Under the pieces are notes generated by a model, which did no database searches, had not been told where the DNA came from, and saw only the letters and a program-made list of their open reading frames with translations. From contig JBCCHT010000025.1 in assembly GCA_039028615.1 (NCBI GenBank), positions 1 through 64,000 on the forward strand: DNA of 64,000 bases. Direction: 5' to 3'. Made by a program: the position numbers and the translations under genes. This DNA comes from Myxococcota bacterium (GTDB taxonomy: Bacteria > Myxococcota_A > Polyangia > Nannocystales > Nannocystaceae). Positions 42,228 to 51,588 of this stretch are shown here, piece after piece. Position 1 is the stretch's first letter; each line of letters opens with the position of its first letter.

Positions 42228-43454
42228 ATGGGCAATCCAATCGAGAACGCGACGCCGACCGTCGAGGTGATCGACGGACCCGGGGTCCTCATCGAGTCAG
42301 AAGCCGTGGCTCAACTCCAGCGGGTGGCCGGGCTCGCGGGGTGTGTACGGACCGTCGGCATGCCCGACCTGCATCCCGGTCCGGGCATCCCCATCGGCAT
42401 GGCGACCGCTTCGGTCACGCATGTGCACCCCGCGTTGGTCGGCTCGGATGCCGGCTGCGGAGTCACGGCCGCGGTCGCTCGCAAGGTGGTGCCGCCGGCC
42501 AAGCGCCTGCGTCGAATCGAGCGGGCCACCGCCGACCCCGAGCCTGTGCCCGGCGATCCGCGGCAGGTGCTCGAGGCGATGTGGCAGCACGGCCCGCGAG
42601 GCCTCGCTCGAATCCCCGACATCGATCCCGCGCTGAAGCAGTGGGTGGAGAGGGTGCCGTGGAGCGACGCGCACGGTCCCAGCGGTCCGCTCCCCGACGA
42701 GCTGGCCTTGCCGGAGTTCGGCCGAGCGCTGGGCACGGTGGGAGGTGGCAACCACTTCATCGAGCTGGCGAAGGTCGAGCAGGTACTCGAGCAAGACGCG
42801 CTCGAGGGTCTGCGTCGAGGAGGCTTCGTCGTGCTGGCGCACTCGGGCTCGCGCGGGCTGGGCTTCGCGCTGCTCAAGCGCTGGGCGGGGGCGGCGATCC
42901 ACGATCCCGAGGAGGTCTCGCGCTACCTCGGCGAGCTGGCGGGCTGTTGTCGCTTCGCGCAGGCCAACCGCGCCTTGTTGGTGTGGCGCCTGCTCGAGGC
43001 GGTGGGCTCGGCCCGAACCGATCGCATCGGTGGCTGCATCGACCTCGTACACAACGATGTCTCCCGCGCCACGAACGACACCCCGTGGGTCCACCGCAAG
43101 GGGGCCGCGCCCGCCCGCGAGGGCGAGCTGACGATCACCCTGGGCAGCCGCGGCAGCCCCAGCTGGATCCTGCGAGGGCATGGCGACGAGGACCACTTGT
43201 GCTCGGTCGCCCACGGAGCGGGGCGCAAGATCCCTCGCAACGAGGCCAAGCCCCGACTCTCCGCTCGCTATCGACGAGCCGATCTGCGCCGCACCGAAGG
43301 CGGCGGACAGGTCCTGTGCGACCGCAGCGACCTGCTGTGGGAAGAGCACCCCGATGTCTACAAACCCATCGAGCCGGTCGTCGCCGCGCTCGAGAAGGCC
43401 CGCGTGGCGACCCGAGTGGCTTCACTCGTGCCCGTGGTGACCGTGAAGCGATGA
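42228..43454 (+). CDS. rtcB: RtcB-family RNA ligase, PrfH-coupled (RtcB2) type
   Basis: MGN start, GMPDLHPG.G.PIG, GSDAGCG, GTVGGGNHFIE, HSGSRG, HN, HRKGA, SVAHGAGR, EEHP.VYK. Confidence 0.93.
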   Translation: MGNPIENATPTVEVIDGPGVLIESEAVAQLQRVAGLAGCVRTVGMPDLHPGPGIPIGMATASVTHVHPALVGSDAGCGVTAAVARKVVPPAKRLRRIERATADPEPVPGDPRQVLEAMWQHGPRGLARIPDIDPALKQWVERVPWSDAHGPSGPLPDELALPEFGRALGTVGGGNHFIELAKVEQVLEQDALEGLRRGGFVVLAHSGSRGLGFALLKRWAGAAIHDPEEVSRYLGELAGCCRFAQANRALLVWRLLEAVGSARTDRIGGCIDLVHNDVSRATNDTPWVHRKGAAPAREGELTITLGSRGSPSWILRGHGDEDHLCSVAHGAGRKIPRNEAKPRLSARYRRADLRRTEGGGQVLCDRSDLLWEEHPDVYKPIEPVVAALEKARVATRVASLVPVVTVKR

Positions 43455-44089
43455 AACCCACCTACGACATTCGCATCAGCGCGGGCCGAGGGCCCACCGA
43501 GGCCCGCCGCTTCGTGGCCATGCTGACCGATGCGCTGTGTGAACGACTCGAGCGACACGACGTGACCGTGCTGGGCCGCGAGCACCATGGCGATCGCACC
43601 GCGCCCGGCCGGGTTCGTGTGCAGCTCGATCGCGATCCGGCCCGCTGCATGCCCGAGCTTCTCGGCACGCACCTGCTGCTGGCCGAGCTCCGAGGGCCTC
43701 GCGCCCGACGACGCTGGTTCGCCGCAGTGGAGCCGGGAGACGAGCAGTCGGCTGCCCCGGTCGTGCTCGGCCGCAGCGAGCTCGACATTCGGTTCGTGCG
43801 CTCGCGGGGCCCGGGCGGGCAGAACGTCAACAAGCGGGCCACCGCGGTGCAGATCACTCATCGGCCCACTTCGCTGTCGGTGTTCTGCGACGCCCACCGC
43901 AGCCAAGCCCGCAACCGGGCCCAGGCGCTGGCCAACCTGCGGCGATCGGTCACCGAGCACCTGCACGACAACGCGCGGCAGCAGCAGCGCACCGAGACCT
44001 GGCAGGCCCAGCGCGCTCTGCTCCGGTCGGAGCCGGTCATGCAGTGGCGGCTCGACCCCAAGGACCCCGACTGCGTCGTCCCGCTGTGA
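43451..44089 (+). CDS. prfH: Peptide chain release factor H
   Basis: SAGRGP.E, RRRWF, RS.GPGGQNVNK..TAV..TH.PT, RSQ.RNR; ATGA overlap with rtcB. Confidence 0.88.
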   Translation: MKPTYDIRISAGRGPTEARRFVAMLTDALCERLERHDVTVLGREHHGDRTAPGRVRVQLDRDPARCMPELLGTHLLLAELRGPRARRRWFAAVEPGDEQSAAPVVLGRSELDIRFVRSRGPGGQNVNKRATAVQITHRPTSLSVFCDAHRSQARNRAQALANLRRSVTEHLHDNARQQQRTETWQAQRALLRSEPVMQWRLDPKDPDCVVPL

Positions 44090-44108
44090 GCGGGCAAAGG
44101 ACCCTGTC

Positions 44109-44609
44109 ATGCGATCCGATATGGACAAAGTACTGTGCGAGCGCCCGCGGGGCGGCCGTCGCCTCAAGCGACGCAGCTCCTATCGCGGACCCCTCGAAGA
44201 GGCGCCGTACTTCGAATCGAATAGCCGCCATCGAGGCGGCACCAAGTGGCTGAGCGAGCACCTGGGCCCGCTGCGCCGATGGCTGCGGTCGCAGGTCGGC
44301 CGCCCCTGGGATGCGGTCTACAGCGAGCTGCGGCAGAACATCAGCGCCAGCAATGCGGTGCAGATGCACATCTGGCAGCACGCGCAAGACTTCGTCGCCC
44401 GGCAGGTCGTGGTGCTCGATGGCCAGGTCTACCGCGAGCCGGGCGAGTACTGGGGCACGGGGCTGATGCGAGTATGGTCGTACCGAACTCCGGTCTATGT
44501 GTGCCCACAGACGGGGCTGGTGAAACCCACGCCCATCGACCCTCGCAAGCCGAGCTCGGTCGACGAGCGACGCCGTATTCGTCGACGCAAGCGCAAGCGC
44601 AAGCGGTGA
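44109..44609 (+). CDS. Very basic hypothetical protein (fourth gene of the locus)
   Basis: MRSDMDKVLCERPR, LSEHLGPLRRWL.SQVGRPWD.VYSE, YVCP.TG, poly-R/K tail; 19 bp after prfH. Confidence 0.8.
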   Translation: MRSDMDKVLCERPRGGRRLKRRSSYRGPLEEAPYFESNSRHRGGTKWLSEHLGPLRRWLRSQVGRPWDAVYSELRQNISASNAVQMHIWQHAQDFVARQVVVLDGQVYREPGEYWGTGLMRVWSYRTPVYVCPQTGLVKPTPIDPRKPSSVDERRRIRRRKRKRKR

Positions 44610-44626
44610 TCCTCTCTCGTTCGACC

Positions 44627-44663
44627 GTCCGCCCCCCATCCTCTTCGGCTCGGGGGGGCGGAC
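44627..44663. terminator. Hairpin between convergent genes
   Basis: gtccgcccccc/ggggggcggac 11-bp stem. Confidence 0.6.
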
Positions 44664-44676
44664 AATCAACGGACCT

Positions 44677-45171
44677 TCAGATCCCGGGAGGGAGATCGAA
44701 GGCGCAGGCACGGACCTGCTGCGGGGTCAGGATCTTGGCCATGGTGCCCATGGTGCGGGGCTGGATGTACACCCGCGAACCGGGCGCGAACCCACCGAGC
44801 AACGCGGCGCCGGGACGGGTCAGCCGACCGCGTCGCAGCTCGCGGCCGTCGGCGGTCATGACCCCGAAGTCGGCGATGCCGTGCGGGTTCCGGTTGCGGA
44901 TGGTGGTCGCCAACACGACGATCACGCCACCCGGCCCGACGATGGTGGGCACGGCTGCGGTCGGCGGCGAGGTGTCACCGCGCTTGTAGGCCTTCTCGCT
45001 GTGCGGACGCGGGTTGCACTCGTAGTACAGGCCCTGCATCCAGTCGGGATCGACCGCGCCCATGGGCGTACTGCTGGAGTCGTCGTCGGTGACGGTCGAG
45101 GTCGGGGCGACGGGGGTGATGGAAAGAAGCGCGGCCGCGACCGCGGAGGAGATGATGTTGATGATTGCCAT
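44677..45171 (-). CDS. Secreted hypothetical protein
   Basis: N-terminal hydrophobic signal, AAGAAGGA RBS. Confidence 0.6.
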   Translation of the reverse strand: MAIINIISSAVAAALLSITPVAPTSTVTDDDSSSTPMGAVDPDWMQGLYYECNPRPHSEKAYKRGDTSPPTAAVPTIVGPGGVIVVLATTIRNRNPHGIADFGVMTADGRELRRGRLTRPGAALLGGFAPGSRVYIQPRTMGTMAKILTPQQVRACAFDLPPGI

Positions 45172-45284
45172 GAGGGACGTTCTTCTTTGGGGGCCGCCGC
45201 GGCCGTAGCCGCGACGGAAGTTCGTCGTTCACCCGCCAGGACGCGGCCGGCGGATGCATGGCGCACGGGTTTTCGATCTTTTTT

Positions 45285-45791
45285 CTAGATCGGGATCTCC
45301 GTGCAGTCGTCGCCGCTCTGCGTCGGTGAGCAGCTGCGCTTCAGCGGGTCGTCCCCGACGTGTCCCGGCTCGTCATCGACCACGACCACCCCGTCACATC
45401 GGTACAGCGTGCCGCCACGGCACTCGTAGAAATCGCAGACCCCGCGAGAGCCGTTCATCCCCGAGTAGCACGAGGGCATGTTGCCCTTCGCCTTACAGGT
45501 GCCCGCCATCGTGGCCTGCGGGTGCTTGCACTGCTCGGGCTTCTTCTCCTCCTTTTCGGGCTGCTCCTCGAAGTCGTCTCGGGGCACACGATCGTCGAGC
45601 GCGGGGCGGGCCGCGGCTCGTCCCATTCGCGGCGCCTCCGCGGCGGGAGTGACTTTCGTTTCGGGCGCGGGCTTGGTCTCGGGCTTGGCCGAGGTCTTGG
45701 ATTCGCTGGAATCGCACGCGCCCACAAAGGCGATGGCGACGGCTGCCGCGAGGGTCGAACGCAGGGTCGAGAGGTGTCGTTTCGTGGTCAT
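45285..45791 (-). CDS. Cys-rich lipoprotein
   Basis: Lipobox VGAC, C-terminal Cys cluster. Confidence 0.75.
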   Translation of the reverse strand: MTTKRHLSTLRSTLAAAVAIAFVGACDSSESKTSAKPETKPAPETKVTPAAEAPRMGRAAARPALDDRVPRDDFEEQPEKEEKKPEQCKHPQATMAGTCKAKGNMPSCYSGMNGSRGVCDFYECRGGTLYRCDGVVVVDDEPGHVGDDPLKRSCSPTQSGDDCTEIPI

Positions 45792-45986
45792 GGTCGGTCG
45801 TTTCGTTCTGGGGGGAGCGAGGTCGAGCGGTCGTCGCCCGACCCCGCGTTTCGTCCCCCTCCACGGCCCGACCCCGGTCTACGTTTCACCATCGCGCGAG
45901 AATGCAGCAAACGATGTAGCGCTTTGGTTCGTCTCGTACACGATGCGATGCAGTGCCCGGCCTCGCGTCGCGGCCCTTCTTCCCTC

Positions 45987-46913
45987 ATGATGAATGCCAT
46001 GGACGCGCGCTTCGGCTTGCTCATGGTGCTCGTCGCGGCGGGCTGCGGTCCCACCGTCGGTGCGGAGTCGACGGCTGGAGCAGGCTCGTCGACGGACGTC
46101 GCGACGAGTGATGGCCCCGGCCTCACGAGCTCGACCACGGCCGCGGACTCGACCACGACCGCGAGCCCGACCCCAGGCACCACCGCGCTCGACGAGGGCA
46201 CCAGCGTCGCCGACGACTCCACGGGAGAGTGCGTGCCCCCGCCGAAGGCCGACTGCGACCCTTGGCTTCAGAACTGCTGCCCCGGACAAAAGTGCGTGCC
46301 GTGGGCGGACGAAGACGGCGGCGGAGTCTGGAATGCACGGCGATGCAGCCCCATCGCAGCCGAGCCCAACCCCGTGGGCAGCCCATGCACCGTCGAAGAC
46401 TCCGCCGCGAGCGGGCTCGACGACTGCGACGCGACCTCGTACTGCTGGGGCGTCGACCCGAGCACGCTGCAGGGCGAGTGCGTGCCGCTATGCCAGGGCA
46501 GCCCCGAGGAGCCCGTGTGCCCCGAAGGCCAAGGGTGCTACATCGCCAACGATGGCATCTTGACCCTGTGCTTCGATCGCTGTGATCCGTCCGATCCCGC
46601 GTGCGACGACGACGAGGCGTGCATTCCCCTGAACGACGACTTCCTGTGCATCGAACACATCGGCACCGGGAAAGTCGGCCCGGGGAGCCCTTGTGATGCT
46701 CCGTGGCAGTGCCTGCCGGAGTTCGTCTGCACCGACGCCGCCAACTACCCCGGGTGCGCGGGTCCAGGCTGCTGTACTCCGTATTGCAACGCGACCACCG
46801 AGGCAGGGCAGCAGCAGTGTGCGAAGCTCGATCCCCAGCTCGCTTGCGTCGCCTTCCCGCCGGAGCTCCAGCCCGCAGGGCTCGAGCACCTCGGGTCCTG
46901 CCAGCTCCCCTAG
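45987..46913 (+). CDS. Cys-rich lipoprotein (CDPW.Q.C...KC.PWA family)
   Basis: Lipobox AAGC, Thr-rich linker, more than 20 Cys. Confidence 0.85.
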   Translation: MMNAMDARFGLLMVLVAAGCGPTVGAESTAGAGSSTDVATSDGPGLTSSTTAADSTTTASPTPGTTALDEGTSVADDSTGECVPPPKADCDPWLQNCCPGQKCVPWADEDGGGVWNARRCSPIAAEPNPVGSPCTVEDSAASGLDDCDATSYCWGVDPSTLQGECVPLCQGSPEEPVCPEGQGCYIANDGILTLCFDRCDPSDPACDDDEACIPLNDDFLCIEHIGTGKVGPGSPCDAPWQCLPEFVCTDAANYPGCAGPGCCTPYCNATTEAGQQQCAKLDPQLACVAFPPELQPAGLEHLGSCQLP

Positions 46914-46937
46914 CCCGAAGTCGGTATCATCGGATCC

Positions 46938-47480
46938 ATGGACCGGCGACGATTCCTCAAGCGCGGCGCACTCGGGGTCGGCGTGCTCGCGGTGGGAGGG
47001 TCCGCCGTATGGATCGCCTCCGGCCCGGGCTCGGCGGACGCAACCACGGCCTGGTCCCGCAAGGCGCTCGACGAGCTCGAAGCCCAAGGTCTCCAGAACC
47101 TGCGCAGCTCGGGCGCATGGTCGCCGGCGCAGATCTTCGTGCACCTCGCCCAGAGCATCGAGTACTCCATGTCCGGCTACCCCGAGCTCCGGGCCCCGAT
47201 GTTCCGCGGCACGCTCGGGCGGACCGCCTTTGCGGCGTTCTCCGCTCGAGGTCAGATCGTGCACGGCCGAAGCGACCCGATCCCCGGGGCCGAGCCGCTG
47301 CCCGAATCGGCGGCGACCGAGGTCGCGCTGAAGCGGCTCCGCGACGCGCTCGACGCCTTCGAACACCACGAAGGCACATACGAGCCGCACTTTGCCTACG
47401 GCACGCTCGCTCGTCGCGAATACGAGATCGCCCACGCCCTGCACCTGCGCGACCACCTCGTCGAGTTCGAATCGGCGTAG
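46938..47480 (+). CDS. DUF1569 (DinB-like) protein with Tat-like signal
   Basis: RRRFLK, WS.AQIF.HLAQSIEYSM.GYP, PHFAYG.L...Y...H.LH..DHL. Confidence 0.85.
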   Translation: MDRRRFLKRGALGVGVLAVGGSAVWIASGPGSADATTAWSRKALDELEAQGLQNLRSSGAWSPAQIFVHLAQSIEYSMSGYPELRAPMFRGTLGRTAFAAFSARGQIVHGRSDPIPGAEPLPESAATEVALKRLRDALDAFEHHEGTYEPHFAYGTLARREYEIAHALHLRDHLVEFESA

Positions 47481-47484
47481 GCGC

Positions 47485-48411
47485 CTACGAGCCACCGCCG
47501 CGACGCACGGCGCTGGGATTGATGCCGTTGACCCGCTTGAACGCCCGGGAAAACGACGACTCGCCCTCGTAGCCGCTACGCAGTGCCGCCTCGAGCACGG
47601 AGATGCCCTCGTCGGCCAGCCAGCGATACGCCTGCTGCATGCGCCAGCGAGTGCAGTACTCCATGGGCGCCAGGCCGGACAGCTGCTTGAAGCGATCGGA
47701 GAACGCAGAGCGCGACATGCCGCCGATCGACGCCAGCTCGGTGACGCTCCACTTGCGGTCGGGCTGCTCGTGGATCTGCTCGAGCACCCGCCGGATTCGC
47801 TCGTCCCCGAGCGCCGCCGCCAGCCCCGGCGTGTCCGAGGCCTCGCCCGGCGACGCCTGCCCCGCCTCGAGCAAGTGTCGCCGCACCAGGTTCACGAACA
47901 GGATCTCCGCCAAGCGGTTGATGACGACGCCGGAGCCCTCGGTCGGGTTGAGCGACTCGTGAGTGAGCGCGGCGATGATGGGCCCGAGCAGCCCCTCGTG
48001 CACCGGGTCGGCGGTGGACAGCAGCACGTACTCGGGCAGCGCCTGGAGCACCGGGTTCGCGCCCGCGTGATCGAACTGAAAGTAGCCGCACATCAACGCC
48101 ACCGAGTCGGGCAACACGCCGTCGCTCAGCGGGCGAGACTTCGATTGGTTGACGTCCTCGAGGCCACAGTCGTCGCTGCCGAGCACGTGGGACGCATCGT
48201 GGGGCAGCACCAGCAGGTCGCCTGCGCTCAGCTCGAGCACCGCGTCCGGGGCCGAGCGCAAGCGAAAGCGGCACTGACCTCGCGCCACGAAGTGGAAGCT
48301 GGTGTGCGACGTCCCGGAAATGTCCACGCCCCACCGACCGCAGTACTGCGCGTTGTGGAAGACCGCGGCGCGGAGGCGAAACGCATCGAGCAGGGTGGAG
48401 ACGACGGACAT
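47485..48411 (-). CDS. AraC-family regulator with cupin_6 sensor (RclR-like)
   Basis: YCGRW, FHFVARG.C, L.AGDL..LPH...H, LMCG.F.F, W.V.ELA...GMSRSAF..RF, GYE.ESSFSRAFKR. Confidence 0.92.
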   Translation of the reverse strand: MSVVSTLLDAFRLRAAVFHNAQYCGRWGVDISGTSHTSFHFVARGQCRFRLRSAPDAVLELSAGDLLVLPHDASHVLGSDDCGLEDVNQSKSRPLSDGVLPDSVALMCGYFQFDHAGANPVLQALPEYVLLSTADPVHEGLLGPIIAALTHESLNPTEGSGVVINRLAEILFVNLVRRHLLEAGQASPGEASDTPGLAAALGDERIRRVLEQIHEQPDRKWSVTELASIGGMSRSAFSDRFKQLSGLAPMEYCTRWRMQQAYRWLADEGISVLEAALRSGYEGESSFSRAFKRVNGINPSAVRRGGGS

Positions 48412-48544
48412 GGGCTTTTGGAGGATCGGACGGATTTCTCGGTCGCTCGGTCAACGCGCGCCTCGCGACGCTGCGTAGTACCAGGCACAACCGTACCCGA
48501 AGTCGCGGGAAAGCCCGCCCGGGGACGATCACAGAAGGACCACG

Positions 48545-49015
48545 ATGAGTACGGGAAGAAACCTGGGCGCCCTGCTGGCGTTTGCCGTGACGGACATGCT
48601 GCTGGGCTGCGCCCCGAGCACCGCGCCGGGGTCACAAGCGCCCGGGGCCGAGGCCAACACGGCGTCGAGCACCGATTTGGTGCACTGCTACGGCGTCAAC
48701 CAATGCAAGGGCCACAACGACTGCAAGACCGCCGAGAACTCCTGCGCCGGCCATGCCGAGTGCAAGGGCCACGGCTTCGTCGCCACCAGCGAGAAGGCCT
48801 GCGGTGACGTCGGCGGCGAGCTCCGCGACGAGTACCGCGGAGAAGTGGCCAGCACCGATCTGGTGCACTGCTACGGCGTCAACCAATGCAAGGGCCACAA
48901 CGACTGCAAGACCGCCGAGAACGCCTGCGCCGGCCATGCCGAGTGCAAGGGCCACGGTTTCGTCGCGACCAGCGAGAAGGCATGCGGCGACCTGGGAGGA
49001 GAGGTAGGGACATGA
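48545..49015 (+). CDS. Bufferin (BufA2)-like RiPP precursor, lipoprotein-type, two tandem cores
   Basis: LLGC lipobox; 2x [32 protein letters not shown]....AC. Confidence 0.85.
   Translation: MSTGRNLGALLAFAVTDMLLGCAPSTAPGSQAPGAEANTASSTDLVHCYGVNQCKGHNDCKTAENSCAGHAECKGHGFVATSEKACGDVGGELRDEYRGEVASTDLVHCYGVNQCKGHNDCKTAENACAGHAECKGHGFVATSEKACGDLGGEVGT
48668..48991 (+). repeat. 183-bp internal tandem duplication in the precursor
   Basis: agcaccgat.tggtgcactgctacggcgtc starts at 48668 and 48851. Confidence 0.92.
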
Positions 49016-49908
49016 ACGGCCGTGCGGGGGCGCCCCAGTGTGTGCGGGGTGTCCCCCGCACGTCTCGTTCAACCGCGGCGGCGGGTCTGGGCTTCGGCCT
49101 CGGCCTCCGCACGCCGCACTACGACCAGGTCGCCCACGGCGTCGAAGGGGTCGACTTCTTCGAGCTGCTCTCGGAGAACTTCATGGTCGACGGCGGCAAG
49201 CCGCTGTACTACCTCGACGCCGTCGCCGAGCGCTACGACGTCGTGCTGCACGGGGTGTCGATGTCGATCGGCAGCGTCGACCCGCCCTCGCGGGAGTACC
49301 TCGACAAACTGGCCGCGCTCGCCCGCCGGGCCAAGCCGGCGTGGGTCTCCGACCACCTGTGCTGGACGATCGCCGGGGGGATCAACAGCCACGATCTCTT
49401 GCCGCTGCCGCTGAGCTACCAGGCCCTGCAGATGGTGATCGAGCGGGTGAACTACGTGCAGGACGTGCTCGAGCGGCCGTTCGTGCTGGAGAACATCTCG
49501 ACCTACAGCACGCTGCAGCCCACGCAAATGGAAGAGTGGGAGTTCATCAACACCCTCACCTGCGCCACCGGGGCCAAGGTCCTGCTCGACGTCAACAACG
49601 TCTACGTCAACGCACGCAACCACGGTTTCGACCCTCACCGTTTTCTCGACGCGATCGACCCGGATAGCGTGCAACAGATTCATCTGGCCGGGCATACCGA
49701 TCTCGGCGACCACGTCATCGACACCCACGATGATGCCGTCACCGATGAAGTGCTCGACCTGTACGCCTACACCATTGCTCGACTCGGCCCGGTGAGCACA
49801 TCGATCGAACGCGACGACGACATCCCCCCGCTCGAAGTCTTGCTCGAGGAGCTCGACCATGTCCGCGACATCGCCCGTGACCAACAATCCGTATCTCTCG
49901 CTTCGTGA
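49012..49908 (+). CDS. DUF692 multinuclear non-heme iron oxidase (BufB/MbnB-like)
   Basis: [68 protein letters not shown]. Confidence 0.95.
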   Translation: MNGRAGAPQCVRGVPRTSRSTAAAGLGFGLGLRTPHYDQVAHGVEGVDFFELLSENFMVDGGKPLYYLDAVAERYDVVLHGVSMSIGSVDPPSREYLDKLAALARRAKPAWVSDHLCWTIAGGINSHDLLPLPLSYQALQMVIERVNYVQDVLERPFVLENISTYSTLQPTQMEEWEFINTLTCATGAKVLLDVNNVYVNARNHGFDPHRFLDAIDPDSVQQIHLAGHTDLGDHVIDTHDDAVTDEVLDLYAYTIARLGPVSTSIERDDDIPPLEVLLEELDHVRDIARDQQSVSLAS

Positions 49909-50674
49909 GCAGCAGGCCGAGTTCCTCGCCGGGCTGCTCGACCCCCGCACGGGCGTGCCCAGCTCTGTACAAGCCCAGGAAGGCCTGGGCCGCGAGGCTC
50001 GCTTCGACATCTACCGCACCGCGTACCGCCAGCGACTGAAGGGCGTGCTGCGAAGCGATCATCCGGCCGTGGCCCACGTCGTGGACTGCCGCTTCGACCG
50101 ACTCGCCGACGCGTACATCGACGCCACTCCCTCCACGTGGCACTCCCTGCGCAACTTTGGCGACGAGTTCCCGAAGTTCCTGACCACCACCGACCTGCCC
50201 GACTCCATGGCCGTGGCCGCGCTCGCCGGCTTCGAGCGCAGCCTGCTCGATGCCTTCGATGCTCCGGACGCACCGCGCCGCGGCTCGTCGGACCTCCTCG
50301 CCGTAGGCGCCGACGGGCGCTCGCTCAGCGGCATCGTGCTGCACCCCAGCGTGCGGCGGATCGCCCCCGGCTTCAACGTCGTCGAGCAGTGGCACGCCTA
50401 CCAAGAGGGTCGGCCACCCGTGCCCTGGGTCGGGCAGCGCACCGCCTGGGCCCTGTGGCGAGGCACCGATCGCCGCACCAGCTTTCGCGCCCTCAGCCCC
50501 TTCGAGGCCATGTTGCTGCCGCGGGTGCTCGTCGGTGACTCGCTCGCCGAGCAGTGCGAAGCGTTGGCCGACATCTACGAGCCCACGCAGATCCCCCCGT
50601 TGGTCGCCAGTGCGCTGCGACGCTGGCTTGCCGAAGGCTGGGTCTCGGAGCTGCTCTCCGAGCCCGCCGACTGA
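49877..50674 (+). CDS. DUF2063 (BufC/HvfC-like) partner protein
   Basis: Q..F...L, RF.IYR.AY..RL...L..DHP, PS...SL..FG..FP.FL, LA.FE..L..AFDA. Confidence 0.85.
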   Translation: MTNNPYLSLREQQAEFLAGLLDPRTGVPSSVQAQEGLGREARFDIYRTAYRQRLKGVLRSDHPAVAHVVDCRFDRLADAYIDATPSTWHSLRNFGDEFPKFLTTTDLPDSMAVAALAGFERSLLDAFDAPDAPRRGSSDLLAVGADGRSLSGIVLHPSVRRIAPGFNVVEQWHAYQEGRPPVPWVGQRTAWALWRGTDRRTSFRALSPFEAMLLPRVLVGDSLAEQCEALADIYEPTQIPPLVASALRRWLAEGWVSELLSEPAD

Positions 50675-50681
50675 TCGGTGA

Positions 50682-51512
50682 CTACGGGATCGCGACTCCC
50701 GGCGGTTGGTCATCATACGTGACGGACGCCAGCATCGTCGTCGCCATGCGCTGAAGTTCGTCCACCTGACACAGGATGGGCGGGTCCTGCAGCCCCTCGT
50801 GCCCGTGCGGATAGCAGCGCCCGAGGTGGCCCGGCTCGAAGCCGGGATGGCTCTGCCAGAACTCCATGATCGGGCCCGAGACTGCGTCGGGATTCTTGGT
50901 CGCGATCGCGGCTAGCATCGCCGATCGAGTCGCGTGGAGCATGGCCAAGCTCGCCTCGGTGTCCAGCACCAGGCGCACGTTGGGTGGTGCCATCGGCTCG
51001 TTGTCCGCGGAGATGTTGAGGTCCCAGCCCAGGGTGATCTGCAGTGACTGGTGCACCAGCACCCGCGCCCCGTACAGCTGCGCCGAGTCGTTGGCGTAGT
51101 CGGCCATCTCTTCCCACTGGGTCTCGTCCGCGATGCCGCCCCCGTTGGCGATGGCGGGGATGATGGAATCAAAGCCGGTCCCGACCAGCTGCATGCCCTG
51201 CGGCGTCGTGGTGGTGCCCGGCTCGCCGCCGGGGTCTCCCACGCCGCCTTCGCCTCCCTCGCAGACCCCGTCGAACTTACCGTTGTTGGCACAGTTCGCG
51301 CCGCCGAAGTTCCAGTGGCAGGTCTGGCCCTCGGCGCAGTCAGAGGACAGGTAGCAGGTACAGGGAGGGCCGGTCTCGATGATGATCGGTGGGGTGCCGG
51401 TCGTGCCACCGTTGCAGTTGTTGTTGCCGCCCGCCGCGAGGAAGAAGAGGCCGGCGGCGCCGATCTTGAGCAGGGGGTGGCGTTTGAAGGTCGGGGCTGG
51501 TCCGTTCCGCAT
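50682..51512 (-). CDS. Secreted hypothetical protein with N-terminal Cys-rich module
   Basis: Hydrophobic signal, C.C...DC..GQ.C, H.GRCYPHGH. Confidence 0.7.
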   Translation of the reverse strand: MRNGPAPTFKRHPLLKIGAAGLFFLAAGGNNNCNGGTTGTPPIIIETGPPCTCYLSSDCAEGQTCHWNFGGANCANNGKFDGVCEGGEGGVGDPGGEPGTTTTPQGMQLVGTGFDSIIPAIANGGGIADETQWEEMADYANDSAQLYGARVLVHQSLQITLGWDLNISADNEPMAPPNVRLVLDTEASLAMLHATRSAMLAAIATKNPDAVSGPIMEFWQSHPGFEPGHLGRCYPHGHEGLQDPPILCQVDELQRMATTMLASVTYDDQPPGVAIP

Positions 51513-51588
51513 GGCGGAGGGGGTAGAGCCGGAGCCTGACTGCCGGATCACGGAAAACCACCGAACACTGTTCGAACGCCGTAGCGAC

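Noticed and set aside
43451..44089. prfA/prfB or arfB assignment
   Set aside because: Too short for RF1/RF2, has PrfH-type N-terminal motifs, and is coupled to rtcB2
48668..48991. Direct repeat as a mobile or CRISPR feature
   Set aside because: In-frame coding duplication of the precursor core
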